This document shows positions 63,074 to 64,000 of a stretch of 64,000 bases of DNA, piece after piece. Source of the stretch: Octopus sinensis (lineage: Eukaryota); assembly GCF_006345805.1 (NCBI RefSeq), contig NC_042997.1, positions 154,876,001-154,940,000 on the forward strand, read 5' to 3'. The position numbers and the translations under genes were made by a program. The notes beneath the pieces are model-generated. The model did not search any database. It worked only from the letters and a program-made list of their open reading frames with translations, and was not told where the DNA came from. The stretch's first letter is position 1. Each line of letters opens with the position of its first letter.

Positions 63074-64000
63074 GAAAAAACAAGTCAAAAATAGAAAATG
63101 CTAAAATAATTTTATAGTGAACATTTCAGTACCGGTTTCGGTCATTTTGAGACCTTTTCAACTGTAACGATTAAATAATTAAATTTAGAAAAATTAGAAG
63201 AAAAGTTTTTTTAAAGGAATATTTCTATAGTAGTGTTCAGATATAAGTGGCATTCTGCCTTTCTCTGACTCCCTTGTTTGCACTTGTGTGTTGGAGGTCG
63301 TTGTGAGTTCTTGGTAGGGTAGTAGAGGAAGAAGGCTGATGAGGAAAGGGGGTGGGAAAATCTGGGAGTGCCCTGATGGTCGTATTTTGAATGGTCAGTG
63401 GCGGCTGGCAGTCGCAGTTCAATTCAGGAGAATATTTCTATTGAAAGGCTTGTTTATAGAATTTGCGTAGGTGTTATACTAAAAAACATTAGTGACAAAG
63501 TTAAGGTAGAAGTGGAGAAGAGAGAAGAAGAGAAGAAGAAGAAGAAGAAGAAGAAGAAGAAGAAGAAGAAGAATAAGAAGAAGAAGAAAGACGATGTTGA
63601 TGATGATGATGATGAAGAAGAAGAAGAAGAAGAAGAAGAGAATGAAGAAGAAGAAGAAGAAGGAGAAGGAGAAGAATGATGATGATGGTGTGTGTGATTA
63701 TGACGACGATGATGATGATAATGATGATGATGAAAGAAAGAGAGAAGAAAAGAAAAAAACAGAGAAGGGAGAATATGAATGGTTAAAGTAGTGAGGTGTT
63801 GTATGACTTGAAGTTGGCATGTTATGGATTATAGCTGTGATTTTAGCTGTGATTAGTAATGGACTCCTTGGAATGTAACACTTGTGTGTGAATATTTCTT
63901 TCATTCTAAAGTTGAGGTATATTAATTGTTTGTCGTAGACCCGTTAAGAAGTGGCCTGTATTTTGTAATAAAGAGACTTTCTTTACTTATTCGTTGTCTC
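63073..64000 (-). mobile_element. Third copy of the Neptune-type PLE (pLTR plus end of EN), running off the window; hammerhead at 63127-63164
   Basis: Reverse-complement match to 9250-10154, including the U3-A8 HHR and the internal microsatellites. Confidence 0.92.

Overview
A 64-kb, AT-rich, microsatellite-saturated eukaryotic window with no recognisable host protein-coding gene. The SINE families and repeat landscape look cephalopod (Octopus-like); this is an inference. It contains three mariner remnants, an integrase-less Mag-type Gypsy derivative with both LTRs, CR1-, RTE- and Tx1-type LINE 3' fragments, many tRNA-SINEs (often head-to-tail multimers), a HINE-like element, a MITE and one 100-N gap. 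The dominant unexplained structure is a set of Penelope-like element (PLE) derivatives, mostly inserted in (TA)n tracts with both 3' ends facing outward: a Neptune-type fragment, a 3.5-kb Naiad-type palindrome, and several non-coding fold-backs and concatemers. Reading them by hand gives type I hammerhead ribozyme (HHR) motifs in about nine element families. These include a canonical HHR in a 581-nt terminally redundant monomer, HHRs spaced 643 nt apart in a 645-bp tandem (retrozyme-like), and a compensatory U3-A8 core in three unrelated families. In four elements the inversion axis lies within about 20 nt of the 5' edge of the ribozyme, and three non-coding families share a hairpin-plus-motif 113-132 nt downstream of the cleavage site. 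HHRs in PLE terminal repeats and retrozymes are established biology; this architecture, the U3-A8 prevalence and the shared motif are the possibly new parts. No folding, alignment or database search was run. Many 1-nt homopolymer indels suggest that some frameshifts may be consensus errors.
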